Source: Mobula hypostoma
Taxonomy: Eukaryota
Direction: 5' to 3'
Assembly (NCBI RefSeq): GCF_963921235.1
Contig: NC_086109.1
Span: 1,302,001 to 1,366,000 of the forward strand
Length of the DNA stretch: 64,000 nt
Each line of letters opens with the position of its first letter. Position 1 is the stretch's first letter. A program made the position numbers and the translations under genes. The notes beneath the pieces were generated by a model. It was not told where the DNA came from, ran no database searches, and saw nothing but the letters and a program-made list of their open reading frames with translations. Shown here piece by piece: positions 1 through 12,890 of the stretch.

Positions 1-1164
1 TACACGGCATCAGTGACTAGCTACATCAGCAAGTGCATCGATGACGTCATTGTGGCCAAGACCATCACTACATGCGCTAACCAGAAGCCATGGATGACCG
101 CGGAGGTGTGTGCGCTGCTGAGGACCCGAGACTCCACCTTCAGAGCAGGCGACAAGGCAGCCCTAACAACAGCGAGGGCCAGACTGTCCCGGGCCATCAG
201 AGAGGCAAAGCGTGCACACGCCCAGCGAATCCACAGCCACTTCCAGGACAGCGGCGACACGTGGCGTACGTGGAAGGGCATTCAGGTCATCACCAACTAC
301 AAGACAACACCACCTGCCTGTGCTGTTGATGCCTCCCTCCCAGACGCATTGAACACCTTCTATGCTCGTTTTGAGGCAGAAAATAACGTGGCGGCGAGGA
401 AGACCACCTCTCCTCCAAATGACCAGGTGCTATGTCTTACCGTGGCCGATGTGAGGAGAACCCTGTGCAGGGTCAACCCACGGAAGGCTGCTGGACCAGA
501 CAATATTCCTGGCAGAATGCTCAGAGGATGTGCAGACCAGCTAGCAGAGATTCTCACTAACATCTTCAACATCTCCCTGAGCAGTGCCATCGTTCCTACG
601 TGCTTCAAGGCTGCCACCATCGTCCCCGTGCCGAAGAAGTCTTCAAAGTCCTGCCTCAATGACTACCATCCCGTTGCATTCACATCCATCACCATGAAGT
701 GTTTCGAGAGGCTCATCATGAGGCACATCAAGACCCTGCTGCCCCCCTCACTGGACCCCCTGCAGTTCGCGTACCGTCCCAACCATTCAACAGATGATGC
801 CATTGCCATCACCCTCCACCCGGCCCTAACCCACCTGGACAAAAAAGACACATACGTTCGAACGCTGTTCATAGACTTCAGTTCAGCATTCAACACAATC
901 ATTCCTCAGAAACTGATTGGAAAGCTGAGCCTGCTGGGCCTGAACACCTCTCTCTGCAACTGGATCCTAGACTTCCTGACTGGGAGACCTCAGTCAGTCC
1001 GGATCGGGAGCAGCATCTCCAACACCATCAGACTGAGCACGGGGGGCCCCCCAGGGCTTGTACCTGTATCTGAATGTGAACAAAACAAAAGAAATGCAAA
1101 CACGAAGAAATCTGCAGATGCTGGAAATTCAAGCAACACACATAAAATGCTGGTGCAAGAGGTA

Positions 1165-1202
1165 CAGTCGACATTTCGGGCCGAGACCCTTCGTCAGGAG
1201 TA
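1165..1202 (-). ncRNA. Minimal type I hammerhead ribozyme motif (partly decayed)
   Basis: Minus strand tactc CTGACGA agggtctcggccc GAAA tgtc gactg. Core intact; mismatch in stem I. Confidence 0.6.
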
Positions 1203-1328
1203 ACTGAAAGAAGAGATAATAAGAGAGATGGTTACACGAGGAATTCTGCAGATGCTGGAAATTCAAGCAACACACATCAAAGTTGCTGGTGAAGGCAGCA
1301 GGCCAGGCAGCATCTCTAGGAAGAGGTA

Positions 1329-1363
1329 CAGTCGACGTTTTGGGCCGAGACCCTTCGTCAGGA
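1329..1363 (-). ncRNA. Hammerhead motif with core GAAA>AAAA mutation (likely inactive)
   Basis: Minus strand tc CTGACGA agggtctcggccc AAAA cgtc gactg; 5' arm truncated. Confidence 0.5.
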
Positions 1364-1926
1364 ATAGACGGTTGTTGACTTCAGGAGAGCACAGAGTGAC
1401 CACTCTCCGCTGAACATCGACGACTCCTCCATTGAGATCGTTAAGAGCACCAAATTTCTTGGTGTTCACCTGGCGGAGAATCTCACCTGGTCCCTGAACA
1501 CCAGCTCCATAGCAAAGAAAGCCCAGCAGTGTCTCTACTTCCTGCGAAGGCTGAGAAAAGTCCATCTCCCACCCCCCATCCTCACCACATTCTACAGAGG
1601 TTGTATCGAGAGCATCCTGAGCAGCTGCATCACTGCCTGGTTTGGGAATTGCACCGTCTCGGATCGCAGCGGATAGTGAGGTCAGCTGAGAAGCTCATCT
1701 GGGTCTCTCTTCCCGCCATCACAGACACTTACACCACACGCTGCACCCGTAAAGCCAACAGCATTGTGAAGGACCCCAAGCACCCCTCACACAAACTCTT
1801 CTCCCTCCTGCTATCTGGCAAAAGGAACCGAAGCATTCGGGCTCTCACAACCAGACTGTGCAACAGTTTCTTCATAGTCATAGTCATGGTCGTAGTCATA
1901 CTTTATTGATCCTGGGGGAAATTGGC

Positions 1927-2062
1927 TAACCATCTCTTTTACTGTCTTTTCTTTCAGTTAGTCCTGACGAAGGGTCTTGGCCCGAAATGTCGACTGCACC
2001 CCTTCCTATAGATGCTGCTTGGCCTGCTGTGTTCCACCAGTATTTTGTGTGTGGTGCTTGAA
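1927..2062 (+). mobile_element. Penelope pLTR fragment carrying a hammerhead motif (1959-1996)
   Basis: tagtc CTGACGA agggtcttggccc GAAA tgtc gactg. Inverted copy of ~1098-1233 with the same aaccatctct end. Preceded by a ~50-bp inverted Rex 3' tail (1874-1925). Confidence 0.75.
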
Positions 2063-2106
2063 TTTCCCCCAAGCCATTAGACTTCTCAATTCCCAGAGTC
2101 TAGTCT

Positions 2107-2111
<5 letters not shown>

Positions 2112-2147
<36 letters not shown>
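2112..2147. repeat. (CA)n microsatellite
   Basis: Pure CA run seen directly. Confidence 0.95.
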
Positions 2148-2154
<7 letters not shown>

Positions 2155-2194
2155 CAGCTAAACACCACCCCACTTCCTTTACAATTTTTGCTCA

Positions 2195-3365
2195 TTTCTT
2201 TCTCAATTCCTGCTAAAACATTGTTCATCAACCATCAACTCTGCTCTCAAACGCATCTCTCCCATTTCACGCACATCTGCTCTCACCCCATCTTCCCGCC
2301 ACCCCAATAGGAATAGGGTTCCCCTGGTCCTCACCTACCACCCCACCAGCCTCCGGGTCCAACATATTATTCTCCGTAACTTCCGCCACCTCCAACGGGA
2401 TCCCACCACTAAGCACATCTTTCCCTCCCCCCTCTCTGCATTCCGCAGGGATCGCTCCCTACGCGACTCCCTTGTCCATTTGTCCCCCCCATCCCTCCCC
2501 ACTGATCTCCCTCCTGGCACTTATCCTTGTAAGCGGAACAATTGCTACACATGCCCTTACACTTCCTCCCTCACCACCATTCAGGGCCCCAAACAGTCCT
2601 TCCAGGTGAGGCAACACTTCACCTGTGAGTCGGCTGGGGTGATATACTGCGTCCGGTGCTCCCGATGTGGCCTTTTATATATTGGCGAGACCCGATGCAG
2701 ACTGGGAGACCGCTTTGCTCAACACCTACGCTCTGTCGGCCAGAGAAAGCAGGATCTCCCAGTGGCCACACATTTTAATTCCACATCGCATTCCCATTCT
2801 GACATGTCTATCCACGGCCTCCTCTACTGTAAAGATGAAGCCACACTCAGGTTGGAGGAACAACACCTTATATTCCGTCTGGGTAGCCTCCAACCTGATG
2901 GCATGCCCCACCTCCCCCTCGTACCCCATCCCTTCCTTATGTATGTATGTATGTATGTATTTATTTATTTTTTATGATTTTTTTTTTAACTTTCCCTTTT
3001 TTCTCTCTCTCTCCTTTTTCTCCCTCTGTCCCTCTGACTATACCTCTTGCGCATCCTCTGGGTTGCCCCCCTCCCCCTTTTCTTTCTTCCCGGACCTCCT
3101 GTCCCATGATCCTCTCGTATCCCTTTGCCAATCACCTGTCCAGCTCTTGGCTCCATCCTTCCCCCTCCTGTCTTCTCCTATCATTTTGGATCTCCCCCTC
3201 CCCCTCCCACTTTCAAATCCCTTACTCACTCTTCCTTCAGTTAGTCCTGACGAAGGGTCTCAGCCTGAAACGTCGACTGTACCTCTTCCTAGAGATGCTG
3301 CCTGGCCTGCTGCGTTCACCAGCAACTTTGATGTGTGTTGCTTGAATTTCCAGCATCCTCGTGTT
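2195..3365 (+). mobile_element. Penelope-like element 3' part: RT C-terminus, GIY-YIG endonuclease, pLTR
   Basis: ORF 2480-2977 has PCKRNNCYTC, VIYCVRCSRCGLLYIGET, FAQHL, VATHFN, LEEQHLIFRLGSLQPDGM (GIY-YIG with Cys motifs). Upstream ttcccctggtcctcacctaccaccccacc encodes the PLVLTYHP-type motif. Confidence 0.9.
3242..3279 (+). ncRNA. Minimal type I hammerhead ribozyme motif in Penelope pLTR
   Basis: tagtc CTGACGA agggtctcagcct GAAA cgtc gactg. Confidence 0.7.
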
Positions 3366-3625
3366 TACATTGCTTACATTTACATTTCATCATTTATTAT
3401 TATATTATAATTTGTCCTTTATTGTGCCTATTGTCTTGTTTATTAATTATTGTACTGTCTTGCACTGTTCTTTGCACTTTATGTAGTCCCGTGTAGGCCT
3501 GAGGTCTAGTGTAGTTTTGTGTTGTTTCACGTAGCACCAGGGTCCTGGAGGAACATTGTTTCATTTTTACGGTGTATTGTACCAGCAGTTATGGTTGAAC
3601 TGACAATAAAAGCGACTTGACTTGG
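3366..3625 (+). mobile_element. LINE 3' UTR (Rex/L2 type) ending in AATAAA and (gactt)n tail
   Basis: ...gacaataaaagcgacttgacttg; probably the displaced end of the element at 1-2150. Confidence 0.5.
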
Positions 3626-4229
3626 CTTGAGATCCCCTTCCCCTGCGGTTCTCATCAGTAGAAGGCAGGGATGAACTGATTGCAAGAATGTTACAAGTGG
3701 GCATGCAGCTGATTAATTGTGTTGTGGATCGATCGGGCCTCCTATGTGCAGACGGCCCACGCTTTTCACATGGGCTTTCAAGCACACATGTCATCTCGGC
3801 GGGCTCTGCTTACAGCTCCGTAATTCGTAACACCATTGTAATTTGTCCCGTGTTGCACCAACTCAGTAAAAACTTCTAATCATACTACTCCAATGTCATC
3901 CTTGTTTGCACTTATGTAACACCCCCCCCAAAACCTCCAATCACCTCTCACATCCCTTCATACCCACATCGTTAATCCCCGCTCAGTCCCTTCCGACAAT
4001 CCCCCCCCGCCCCACATCAGTCCATCTTCCTTCCCTGCCAATACCCCTCAGATGAGCATTGTACTCAGCTTATCGAATCTCTGTGATAGGCGCATCTAAC
4101 ACTATCATGGTTATGGAGGTCGGCAGCACTGAAAGAAGCCCTTCATCCAAATTCAACAATACTTAGCTCATTTGTTGTCCAAATGCTTTTTAAACATTAT
4201 AATTATACCCACCTCTACCACTTTTCACT

Positions 4230-6170
4230 CTTACTCTAAACAGGCATTTCAATATTCAAAAGGTATCGATAAGATTCCCCCCCTATCACCACCATTCTTC
4301 TAAACGCCAGTGAGTACAGGCCCAGAACCATCAAATATTCCTCATACATTAACTCTTTCATCTCTGGAATAATTCTCGTGGACATCTCCTGGACCCTCTC
4401 CACTGCCCCCACTTCTTTTCGTAGATAAGAGGCCCAGAACTGCTCACAATACTCCAAGTGCAGTCTGACCAATGCCTTATAAATCATCAGAACACTAGAA
4501 CACCACAGTACAGGCCCTTCGGCCCTCGATGTTGTGCTGACCCATATATTCCTAAAAAAAAGTACTAAACCCACACTACCCCGTAACCTTGTATTTTTCT
4601 TTCATCCATGTACCTGTCCAAGAGGCTCTTAAATACCCCGAATGTTTTAGCCTCCACCACCATCCCTCGCAAGTCATTCCAGGCACCCACAACCCTCTGT
4701 GTAAAAAAACTTACCCCTGGTGTCTCCCCTATATCTCCCTCCCTTAACTTTGTGCATATGCCCTCTGGTGTTTGCTATTCGTGCCCTGGGAAACAGGTAC
4801 TGGCTATCCACCCTATCTATGCCTCTCATAATCTTGTAGACCTCTATCAAGTCCCCTCTCATCCTCCTATGCTCCAAAGAGAAAAGTTCCAGCTCTGCTA
4901 ACCTTGCCTCATAAGACTTGTTTTCCAATCCAGGCAACATCCTGGTAAATCTTCTCTGCACCCTCTCCACAGCTTCCACATCCTTCCTATAATGAGGTGA
5001 GCAGAATTGAACACAATACTCTAAAGTGTGATTTCACCAGAGATTTGTAGAATCCCCCTATTAATGAAGCCTAGCATCCCATAGGCCTTCTTAACTATCC
5101 TATCAACCTGTGCAGTGACCTTGAGGGATGTATGGATTTGAACCCCAAGGTCCCTCTGTTCACCCACATTCTTAAGTAACCGACCATTAACCCTGTACTC
5201 AGCCTTCTGGTTTGTCCTTCTAAAATGCATCACCTCACACTTATCCAGATTGAACTCCATCTGCCACTTTTCTGCCCAACTCTGCATCCTGTCTATATCC
5301 TCTTGTAACCTTCAACAACCTACAGCTCCATCCACAACTCCTCCAATCTTCATGTCATCCGCAAACTTACTCACCCATCCTTCTGCCTCTTCATCCAGGT
5401 CATTTATAAAAATCACAAAGAGCAGGGGTCCCAGGACAGATCCTTGCGGCACTCCATGAGTCACCGACCTCCAGGCAGAATACTTTCCTTCCACTACTAC
5501 CCTCTGCTTTCTTCCTGCAAGCCAATTTTTTATCCAGACAGCCAAGGCTCCACTGATCCCATGCCTCATGACTTTCTGGATGAGTCTCTCATGGGGGACC
5601 TTGTCAAATACCTTGCTAAATGTAATCCTCAGCATCACATACTTTCTCCTTCATTCTAGTCCTTTCAAAATGAATGTAACATTTCATTTGCTTTCCCCAC
5701 TACCAACTCAACCTGCAAGTTAACCTTTAAGGAATCCTGCCCAAGGATTCTCAAGTCCATTTGCACCTAATTTTTGAATTTTAGCCCCATTTAGAAAATA
5801 GTCCACACCTTTATTCCAATGACCATACACTTCCCTATGCTATATTCTGTCTGCCACTTCTCTGCCCATTTTCCAAATCTGTCTAATTCCTTCCCAGACA
5901 CCTTGCTTTGTCAACACTACCCGCTCCACCTATCTTTGTATCATCTGCAGATGGTCACCAAACCATCAAGTCAATCATCCTAAACATTTACAAATAGCAT
6001 GAAAGGAAGTGGTTCCAATACCAAACCGTACAGAACACCAATTAACAAGATTAAGCCCTCTTTATTCCCAGTCTTTACTTTCTGCAATCAGCCAATCTTC
6101 TATCCATGCTAGCATCTTTCCTGTAATGCCATAGGCTCCTAGATTGTTAGCAGCCACATGTGTGGCTTAT
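4230..6170 (-). mobile_element. Stacked CR1 LINE RT/3' fragments
   Basis: Broken ORFs with [51 protein letters not shown]. Confidence 0.9.
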
Positions 6171-6171
6171 A

Positions 6172-6960
6172 GAAACATAGAAACATAGAAAATAGGTGCA
6201 GGAGTAGGCCATTCGGCCCTTCGAGCCTGCACCGCCATTCAGTACGATCATGGCTGATCATCCAACTCAGAACCCTGTACCAGCCTTCCCTCCATACCCC
6301 CTGATCCCTTTAGCTACAAGGGCCATATCTAACTCCCTCTTAAATATAGCCAATGAACTGGCCTCAACTGTTTCCTGTGGCAGAGAATTCCACAGATTCA
6401 CCACTCTCTGTGTGAAGAAGTTTTTCCTCATCTCGGTCCTAAAAGGCTTCCCCTTTATCCTGAAACTGTGACCCCTCGTTCTGGACTTCCCCAACATCGG
6501 GAACAATCTTCCTGCATCTAGCCTGTTCAATCCCTTTAGAATTTTGTACGTTTCAATAATATCCCCCCTCAATCTTCTAAATTCCAGCAAGTATAAGCCT
6601 AGTCGATCCAGTTTTTCATCATATGAAAGTCCTGCCATCCCAGGAATCAATCTGGTGAACCTTCTTTGTACTCCCTCTATGGCAAGAATGTCTTTCCTCA
6701 GATTAGGGGACCAAAACTGCACCAATACTCCAGGTGTGGTCTCACCAAGGCCTTGTACAACTGCAGTAGTACCTCCTTGCTTCTGTACTCGAATCCTCTT
6801 GCTATGAATGCCAGCATACCATTCGCCTTTTTCACCACCTGCTGTACCTGCATGCCCACTTTCAATGACTGGTGTATAATGACACCCAGATCTCGTTGCA
6901 CCTCCCCTTTTCCTAATCGGCCACCATTCTGATAATAATCTGTTTTCCTGTTCTTGACTC
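6172..6960 (-). mobile_element. Young CR1 3' fragment
   Basis: WSPNLRKDILAIEGVQRRFTRLIPGMAGL...; 3' UTR ending in an (agaaacat)n tail. Confidence 0.92.
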
Positions 6961-7436
6961 TTTGTCCTCCTTGTCAAAGGCCTTCTGAAAACCCAAGTAA
7001 GCAACATCCACTGACTCTTCTTTGTCCGTCCTGTTTGTTATTTCCTCAAAGAACTCCAACAGATTTCCCCCCAAGGAAACCATGCTGACTTTGTCCTACC
7101 TTAACATGTGCTTCCAAACCTGATCCTTAAAATAATTGACTCCAACATCTTCCCAACCACTGAAGTCAGATGCTAACTAGCCTATGATTTCCTTCCCTCT
7201 CTGCTGAAAGAATGGGGTGACATTTGCAATTTTTCAACCCTTCACAACCATTCCAGAATCTAGTGATTCCTGAAATATCATTATTAATGTCTCCATAATC
7301 TATCCACCACCTCTTTCGGAACTCTGGGGTATAGTCCATCGGGTCCAGTACTTGGACAACTGAAAAATATACGTCAGGTTGTCATTTATCGATTACAGCT
7401 CAGCAGTTGAAACCATCAGCCCAGAACCTTCAGCCC

Positions 7437-8958
7437 TCCTGGATGCATTAGTGATAATTTTTCAAAACTCATTAGATTCTGGACTAGTTCCTGAGGATTG
7501 GAGGGTGGCTAATGTAACCCCACTTTTTAAAAAAGGAGGGAGAGAGAAACCGGGGAATTATAGACCGGTTAGCCTAACGTCGGTGGTGGGGAAACTGCTG
7601 GAGTCAGTTATCAAGGATGTGATAACAGCACTTTGGAAAGCAGTGAAATCATCGGACAAAGTCAGCATGGATTTGTGAAAGGAAAATCATGTCTGACGAA
7701 TCTCATAGAATTTTTTGAGGATGTAACTTGTAGAGTGGATAGGGGAGAACCAGTGGATGTGGTATATTTGGATTTTCAAAAGGCTTTTGACAAGGTCCCA
7801 CACAGGAGATTAGTGTGCAAACTTAGAGCACACGTTATTGGGGGTAAGGTATTGGTGTGGGTGGAGAATTGGTTAGCAGACAGGAAGCAAAGAGTGGGGA
7901 TAAACGGGACCTTTTCAGAATGGCAGGCGGTGACTAGTGGGGTACCGCAAGGCTCAGTGCTGGGACCCCAGTTGTTTACAATATATATTAATGACTTGGA
8001 TGAGGGAATTAAATGCAGCATCTCCAAGTTTGCGGATGACACGAAGCTGGGTGGCAGTGTTAGCTGTGAGGAGGATGCTAAGAGGGTGCAGGGTGACTTG
8101 GATAGGTTGGGTGAGTGGGCAAATTCATGGCAGATGCAATTTAGTGTGGATAAATGTGAAGTTATCCACTTTGGTGGCAAAAATAGGAAAACAGATTATT
8201 ATCTGAATGGTGGCCGATTAGGAAAAGGGGAGGTGCAACAAGACCTGGGTTTCATTATACACCAGTCATTGAAAGTGGGCATGCAGGTACAGCAGGCGGT
8301 GAAAAAGGCGAATGGTATGCTGGCATTTATAGCGAGAGGATTCGAGTACAGGAGCAGGGAGGTACTACTGCAGTTGTACAAGGCCTTGGTGAGACCACAC
8401 CTGGAGTATTGGTGCAGTTTTGGTCCCCTAATCTGAGGAAAGACATTCTTGCCATAGAGGGAGTACAAAGAAGGTTCACCAGATTGATTCCTGGGATGGC
8501 AGGACTTTCATATGAAGAAAGACTGGATGAACTGGGCTTGTACTCGTTGGAATTTAGAAGATTGAGGGGGGATCTGATTGAAACGTATAAAATCCTAAAG
8601 GGATTGGACAGGCTAGATGCAGGAAGATTGTTCCCGATGTTGGGGAAGTCCAGAACGAGGGGCCACAGTTTGAGGATAGAGAGGAAGCCTTTTAGGACCG
8701 AGATTAGGAACAACTTCTTCACACAGAGAGTGGTGAATCTGTGGAATTCTCTGCCACAGGAAACAGTTGAGGCCAGTTCATTGGCTGTGTTTAAGAGGGA
8801 GTTAGATATGGCCCTTGTGGCTACGGGGGTCAGGGGGTATGGAGGGAAGGCTGGGGCGGGGTTCTGAGTTGGATGATCAACCATGATCATAATAAATGGC
8901 GGTGCAGGCTCGAAGGGCCGAATGGCCTTGTCCTGCACCTATTTTCTATGTTTCTATG
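7437..8958 (+). mobile_element. Young CR1, 5'-truncated RT with frameshifts
   Basis: ORFs 7379-7678, 7633-8436 and 8409-8867 give [33 protein letters not shown]; (tatgtttc)n tail. Confidence 0.95.
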
Positions 8959-10304
8959 TCCTTCAGCAACCACATATTGAGATGCTACTACAGGGATCCC
9001 GCACATGGAGGCAGTGGGCTGAGCTCTGCCGGTACCAGGTCCGTGGATGAAATTAGCCGTATGGAGACACGGGAGATGTAAACTGCTCAGACGTACAGAC
9101 AGTTGATCTGAGAGCCTCCAGACCTCCAGGTGAAGGCACTGGATGAAGGTTCTCCACAGAGGTCCACCAAGTCAAGGAAGCTGAGTGAATTCCCCTGAAT
9201 CCTCATGGATGCTAGGCATTGATGGAGACTAGATCCCCTCCTCCACGGTGCGCACTGTCTGGCTGCTCTTTGTTAGGATCTTCAGAGATGAAGAGATGCC
9301 ACCCAGCCCTTCCCTTCTCCCTGAGGATGACAGGACAGACTGCGGGTGCCCTGACAAACCTGACCAGTCAGTCGGAGGCATTGGGGCTTTTCCACGGCTC
9401 CCCTTAGGGTTGGGGTAGGCGAGTGGAGACACGGTGTTAGGCACGAGGCAGTCCATTGTCTCACCATCAATGGAGTGCAATCTGTGCCCCACCTCCATAC
9501 ACCAGGCCCGTCCTCCCAGAACAGCCACCAATCTGGCTGTGCCAACCGGCCCCAGCCCTGGCATCAGTGATGGAGGAAGCCTCCCCAGGCACCTCTGGAG
9601 AGCCTGTGACTGCTGGCAGCAATTGGAGAGGTACATTCCCCACCCCAGGGGTCAGGGCTGAGGAAGGTTTCAGGTTCAACTGGAGCAGGTCTTGAGTTAG
9701 AGGGGGGCTGGTCTCTCACAGCACGTATTCCCAAGATATGTCCACATTGCTCAGCAGCCAGGATACCCTCACTATCCTACCGATCTGTCCACGACCTCTC
9801 CTCAGGCAAGCCCCTCCGCTCTGTTCCACCTGAAACCTCCATACCCCTGAGCTACTGACACCATCTCGGGGTCGATATTCCTCTCTCTCAACACCATTGG
9901 GCCTTTGGCATGGTGAGACAGTGGGATCCGTTTTCCTGTTGGCCCAGAGATACACACTACTTGGCCCATCCACAGCAGCCCTACCCACTCCATTGGCCTA
10001 TCCCTCTGTTCCCATAACCTGTTCACTCAGCACCTTCAGCCTCGAAGCATCCAGCTCCAGTTGACAGTTTGATCCCTCATGGCCCCTGGCACAGTCTCTG
10101 GGGATGTCAAGGGTGAGTTTGCCCCAGTCTGGCACTGACTCAGCCCCACTGCACTGGGACCATGATCCCAGCTCTGGACATGAGCACTCTGGATATAAAT
10201 GGGGTTCAGTAAACAGGAGAGCACCCAGGATCTACCCTCACCCATTAATTAGCGGTGTCTCAGGAACTGGTGAAACCCAAGCCCCTCCACGACCTCTCAC
10301 TCAC

Positions 10305-10619
10305 CATGCACCTCCAATGAAATGCTCTCTGTATCTTCATGTCCCGAATCTGCAGTAACAGTCACCTGGTAGTGACCGGCGTCTTGCATCTGTAGATCGT
10401 GGATTTCCAAACTGAAGTTACTGGGATGAAAGGTTTCCCTTTGCTGGTACTCTCCAAAATACCTTGTAGTGTTGACCGAATGCCTTACTATCCTTTCTTC
10501 ACGTTCTACTCGTCTCCACACAACGTCATAGACGTCCGGTCTGACTGGGATCCGAGGACGTAAGGAGACCGAGTGTCTCCGAGTTCCGGTCACAGTGGTA
10601 GGAGGAGCCCCAGTCCTAT
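10305..10619 (-). CDS. IgV exon V2, CD2/SLAM/CEACAM-like, no intradomain cysteines (315 nt, phase 1-1)
   Basis: Acceptor ctgtctcctcAG at 10621-10620; donor G|GTGAGT at 10304. Encodes (D)RTGAPPTTVTGTRRHSVSL...VVWRRV...FSLEIHDLQMQDAGHYQVTV...LEVH, with the C-strand Trp and LxIxxLxxxDAGxY V-set motif. Confidence 0.92.
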
Positions 10620-10719
10620 CTGAGGAGACAGGAGGAGGCAGTCAGAAGGTGAGTTCAGAGTGAGAATCAAATCAGGTTAAATATCACTGGCGTATGTTGT
10701 GAAACTTGCTGTTATGTGA

Positions 10720-11870
10720 TAGCGAGTGTCTTTGGTGACGTACCAGATCTCCCAGTTAAGACAGCGGAAGGGAGGATGTTGCGTGGTTTAAAAGTTCATT
10801 TAAGAGAACGTGACTTTCGTGTCCCAATACCGACTATTCTGCTGGTAAGTGTACAATCTCTGGTAAATAAAATCGATAATATCACAGCAAGAATGCTGGA
10901 CCAGAAGGACTTTAAAAAGCACTTGTGTTATTTGTTTAACGGTGGATTCTTGGATGCAGTGATACAGTTTAGTGCCTATATAATTCACCGTCAAGATAGA
11001 ACAGCTGAATCTTTCGAAGACAGAGGAGGTGGAGTTTGCTTTATCTGCTTGTGGTGTACAAATGTGGTGGCGCTGTCATAGTCCTGCCCACCTGACCTGA
11101 AACATCTCACGATCAGATGCGCCGCAGAGGTTTACAGCCATCATTTTAGTCATGGCATACATCCCACCTCTAGCCCTTGTCAAACAGGCTCTAGAAGAAC
11201 TGAGCAGTGTTATCAATGGGCATAAAATAGCATACCCCAATGCCTTCATTATCACTTTGGGGAATTTTAACTAGGCCAGTTTGGAAATGTCTCTAAACAA
11301 TTATTACTAACTTATCACTTGTTGAACCAGGGAAACCAACACACTTGACCACTGTCATACCAAATTCCGTGGATGAACCAGGGAATTCTTAGTCTGCTGA
11401 GGATTGGATCTGTGGCATTCAAGTCTAGTAACGCAGGACTATACATGAAGGCCAGGCACGAATTATGGAGAGCTAGCTCAAGAGTAAAGGAACATTTCTG
11501 AACAAGGTTAGAGGCCGAATCAGATGCACGTGGACTCTGGCCGTGATTGCAGGCCATTACCTCCTCCAAGGGGAAACCCAACATCCTAAATGGCAGTGAT
11601 GCTTCATTCCCAGATGAGCTTAATGCCTTTTATACCCACTTTGAAACAGAATAAAACTACAGCTATGAGGATCCTTGCAGCACCTGGAGACCCTGTGATC
11701 TCTGTCTCGGAGGCCGGCATAAGACTGTCTTTCATGGGGGTGAACCCTTGCAAGGTGACAAGCCCTGATGGAGTGCCTGGTAGGGCTCTGAAAACTTGTG
11801 CTAGTCAACTGGCAGGTGTGTTCAAAGACATTTTCACCCTCTCACTGCTACAGTCAAAGTTCCTCTGGGT
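10720..11870 (+). mobile_element. Degenerate Rex1/Babar-type LINE (endonuclease to RT start)
   Basis: [48 protein letters not shown]. Confidence 0.75.
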
Positions 11871-11879
11871 GTATCTATC

Positions 11880-12290
11880 CTGTGCAATGTCTTCGCAGTT
11901 TTTAAATTAAGGTTGAATTTTAGGCTGACTTTGATGTTATCTTTGAAGCATTTTCTTTGCAAACCAGGGGTTTGCTGACTATCCTCTAACTGGGAGTAAA
12001 GGATCTGTTTGGAGGGACGTGAGTTGTGCATCTGGATGATATGACCTATCCATTGGAGTTGGTGTTGCTTTATCATGGTGGAGATGATGTTCATATCAGA
12101 CGCCTCCAGGACACTGGTGTTGGTGAGTCTGTCCTTCCCGCTGATAGGATCTTTGGTGGGGTTGCCCCAGGGCTTTCAGACACCTCCTGTAGGTGGCCTA
12201 TGATTCAGCTACATAAAGTAATGAAGAATGCCTGCTCTTTAAGTCAAAAGTTTTGCTTGGACTTGTACAGTGGCTGGTTGAGTGGTGAGG
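11880..12290 (-). mobile_element. RTE-clade LINE 3' remnant
   Basis: LQWIGHIIQMHNSRPSKQILYSQLE...QRKCFKDNIK resembles the RTE C-terminus (LRWxGHVxRM...KQILY...RKRFKD). Confidence 0.7.
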
Positions 12291-12581
12291 CAACAGTAAC
12301 TTCCACTCAATGTAAGCAAGATAAAGGACCAGCCCCGACCTCATTGGGCAGGCTTGGGCGTCTGAATCTGGTGTTCACCTCTCTCCAATGGAAGGTGACT
12401 AATCCAGGATGGGACTGTCTCAGCCCCACTACTCTGGCACCGTGAGCCCAGCTCAGGACAGCTCACTCAATGGGGTTCACTAAACAGGGCAACGTACACG
12501 ATTTGACCTCACCCATTAGTTAGGGATGTCTGAAGGGCCAATGAAAATCGAGCCCCTCCCCCTCTGTAGTGTTACACTCAC

Positions 12582-12890
12582 CATTTACCTCCAATTGGAC
12601 TCTTCTTAGAGTCTGTGTCCCTGAGGCTGCTGTAATGATCACCTCATAATCACCAGCATCCTCTCTCCGTAGATCACTGATTTCCAGATTAAAGTTCCCA
12701 GGATGAAGTGTTATCCTTCGCTGGTATTCCTTGGGACCGAAGTATTCAATATTCCCATTTGAGCTTTGTGCAACTCTGCTTCCGGATGATACCCGTCTCC
12801 ACTCAATGTCAATAAAGTCCGGTCCGACTGGAATCCCAGGAGGTAAGGAGACTGAGTGTCCCCGAGCTCCGATCACAGTGATGGGGGAAG
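12582..12890 (-). CDS. IgV exon V1, CD2/SLAM/CEACAM-like, no intradomain cysteines (309 nt, phase 1-1)
   Basis: Acceptor cttgtctcctcAG at 12892-12891; donor G|GTGAGT at 12581. Encodes (A)SPITVIGARGHSVSLPPGI...IEWRRV...FNLEISDLRREDAGDYEVII...LEVN. Confidence 0.92.

Larger units (their letters stand above)
1098..1363 (-). mobile_element. Two head-to-tail Penelope pLTR-derived segments
   Basis: Both are reverse complements of the terminal repeat that follows the GIY-YIG ORF (~3225-3365). The first copy is internally deleted. Confidence 0.8.
1..2150 (+). mobile_element. Rex1/Babar-type LINE, RT to 3' end, interrupted and internally deleted
   Basis: ORF 13-~1050 has RT motifs ([32 protein letters not shown]). 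It resumes at ~1366 (VVDFRR..., [15 protein letters not shown]) and ends FPQAIRLLN, then (CA)n. Insertions at ~1098-1363 and ~1874-2062. Confidence 0.9.

Noticed and set aside
10305-12890. TCR/Ig/IgNAR V gene segments
   Set aside because: No canonical cysteines and no RSS heptamer-nonamer; both end in splice donors.
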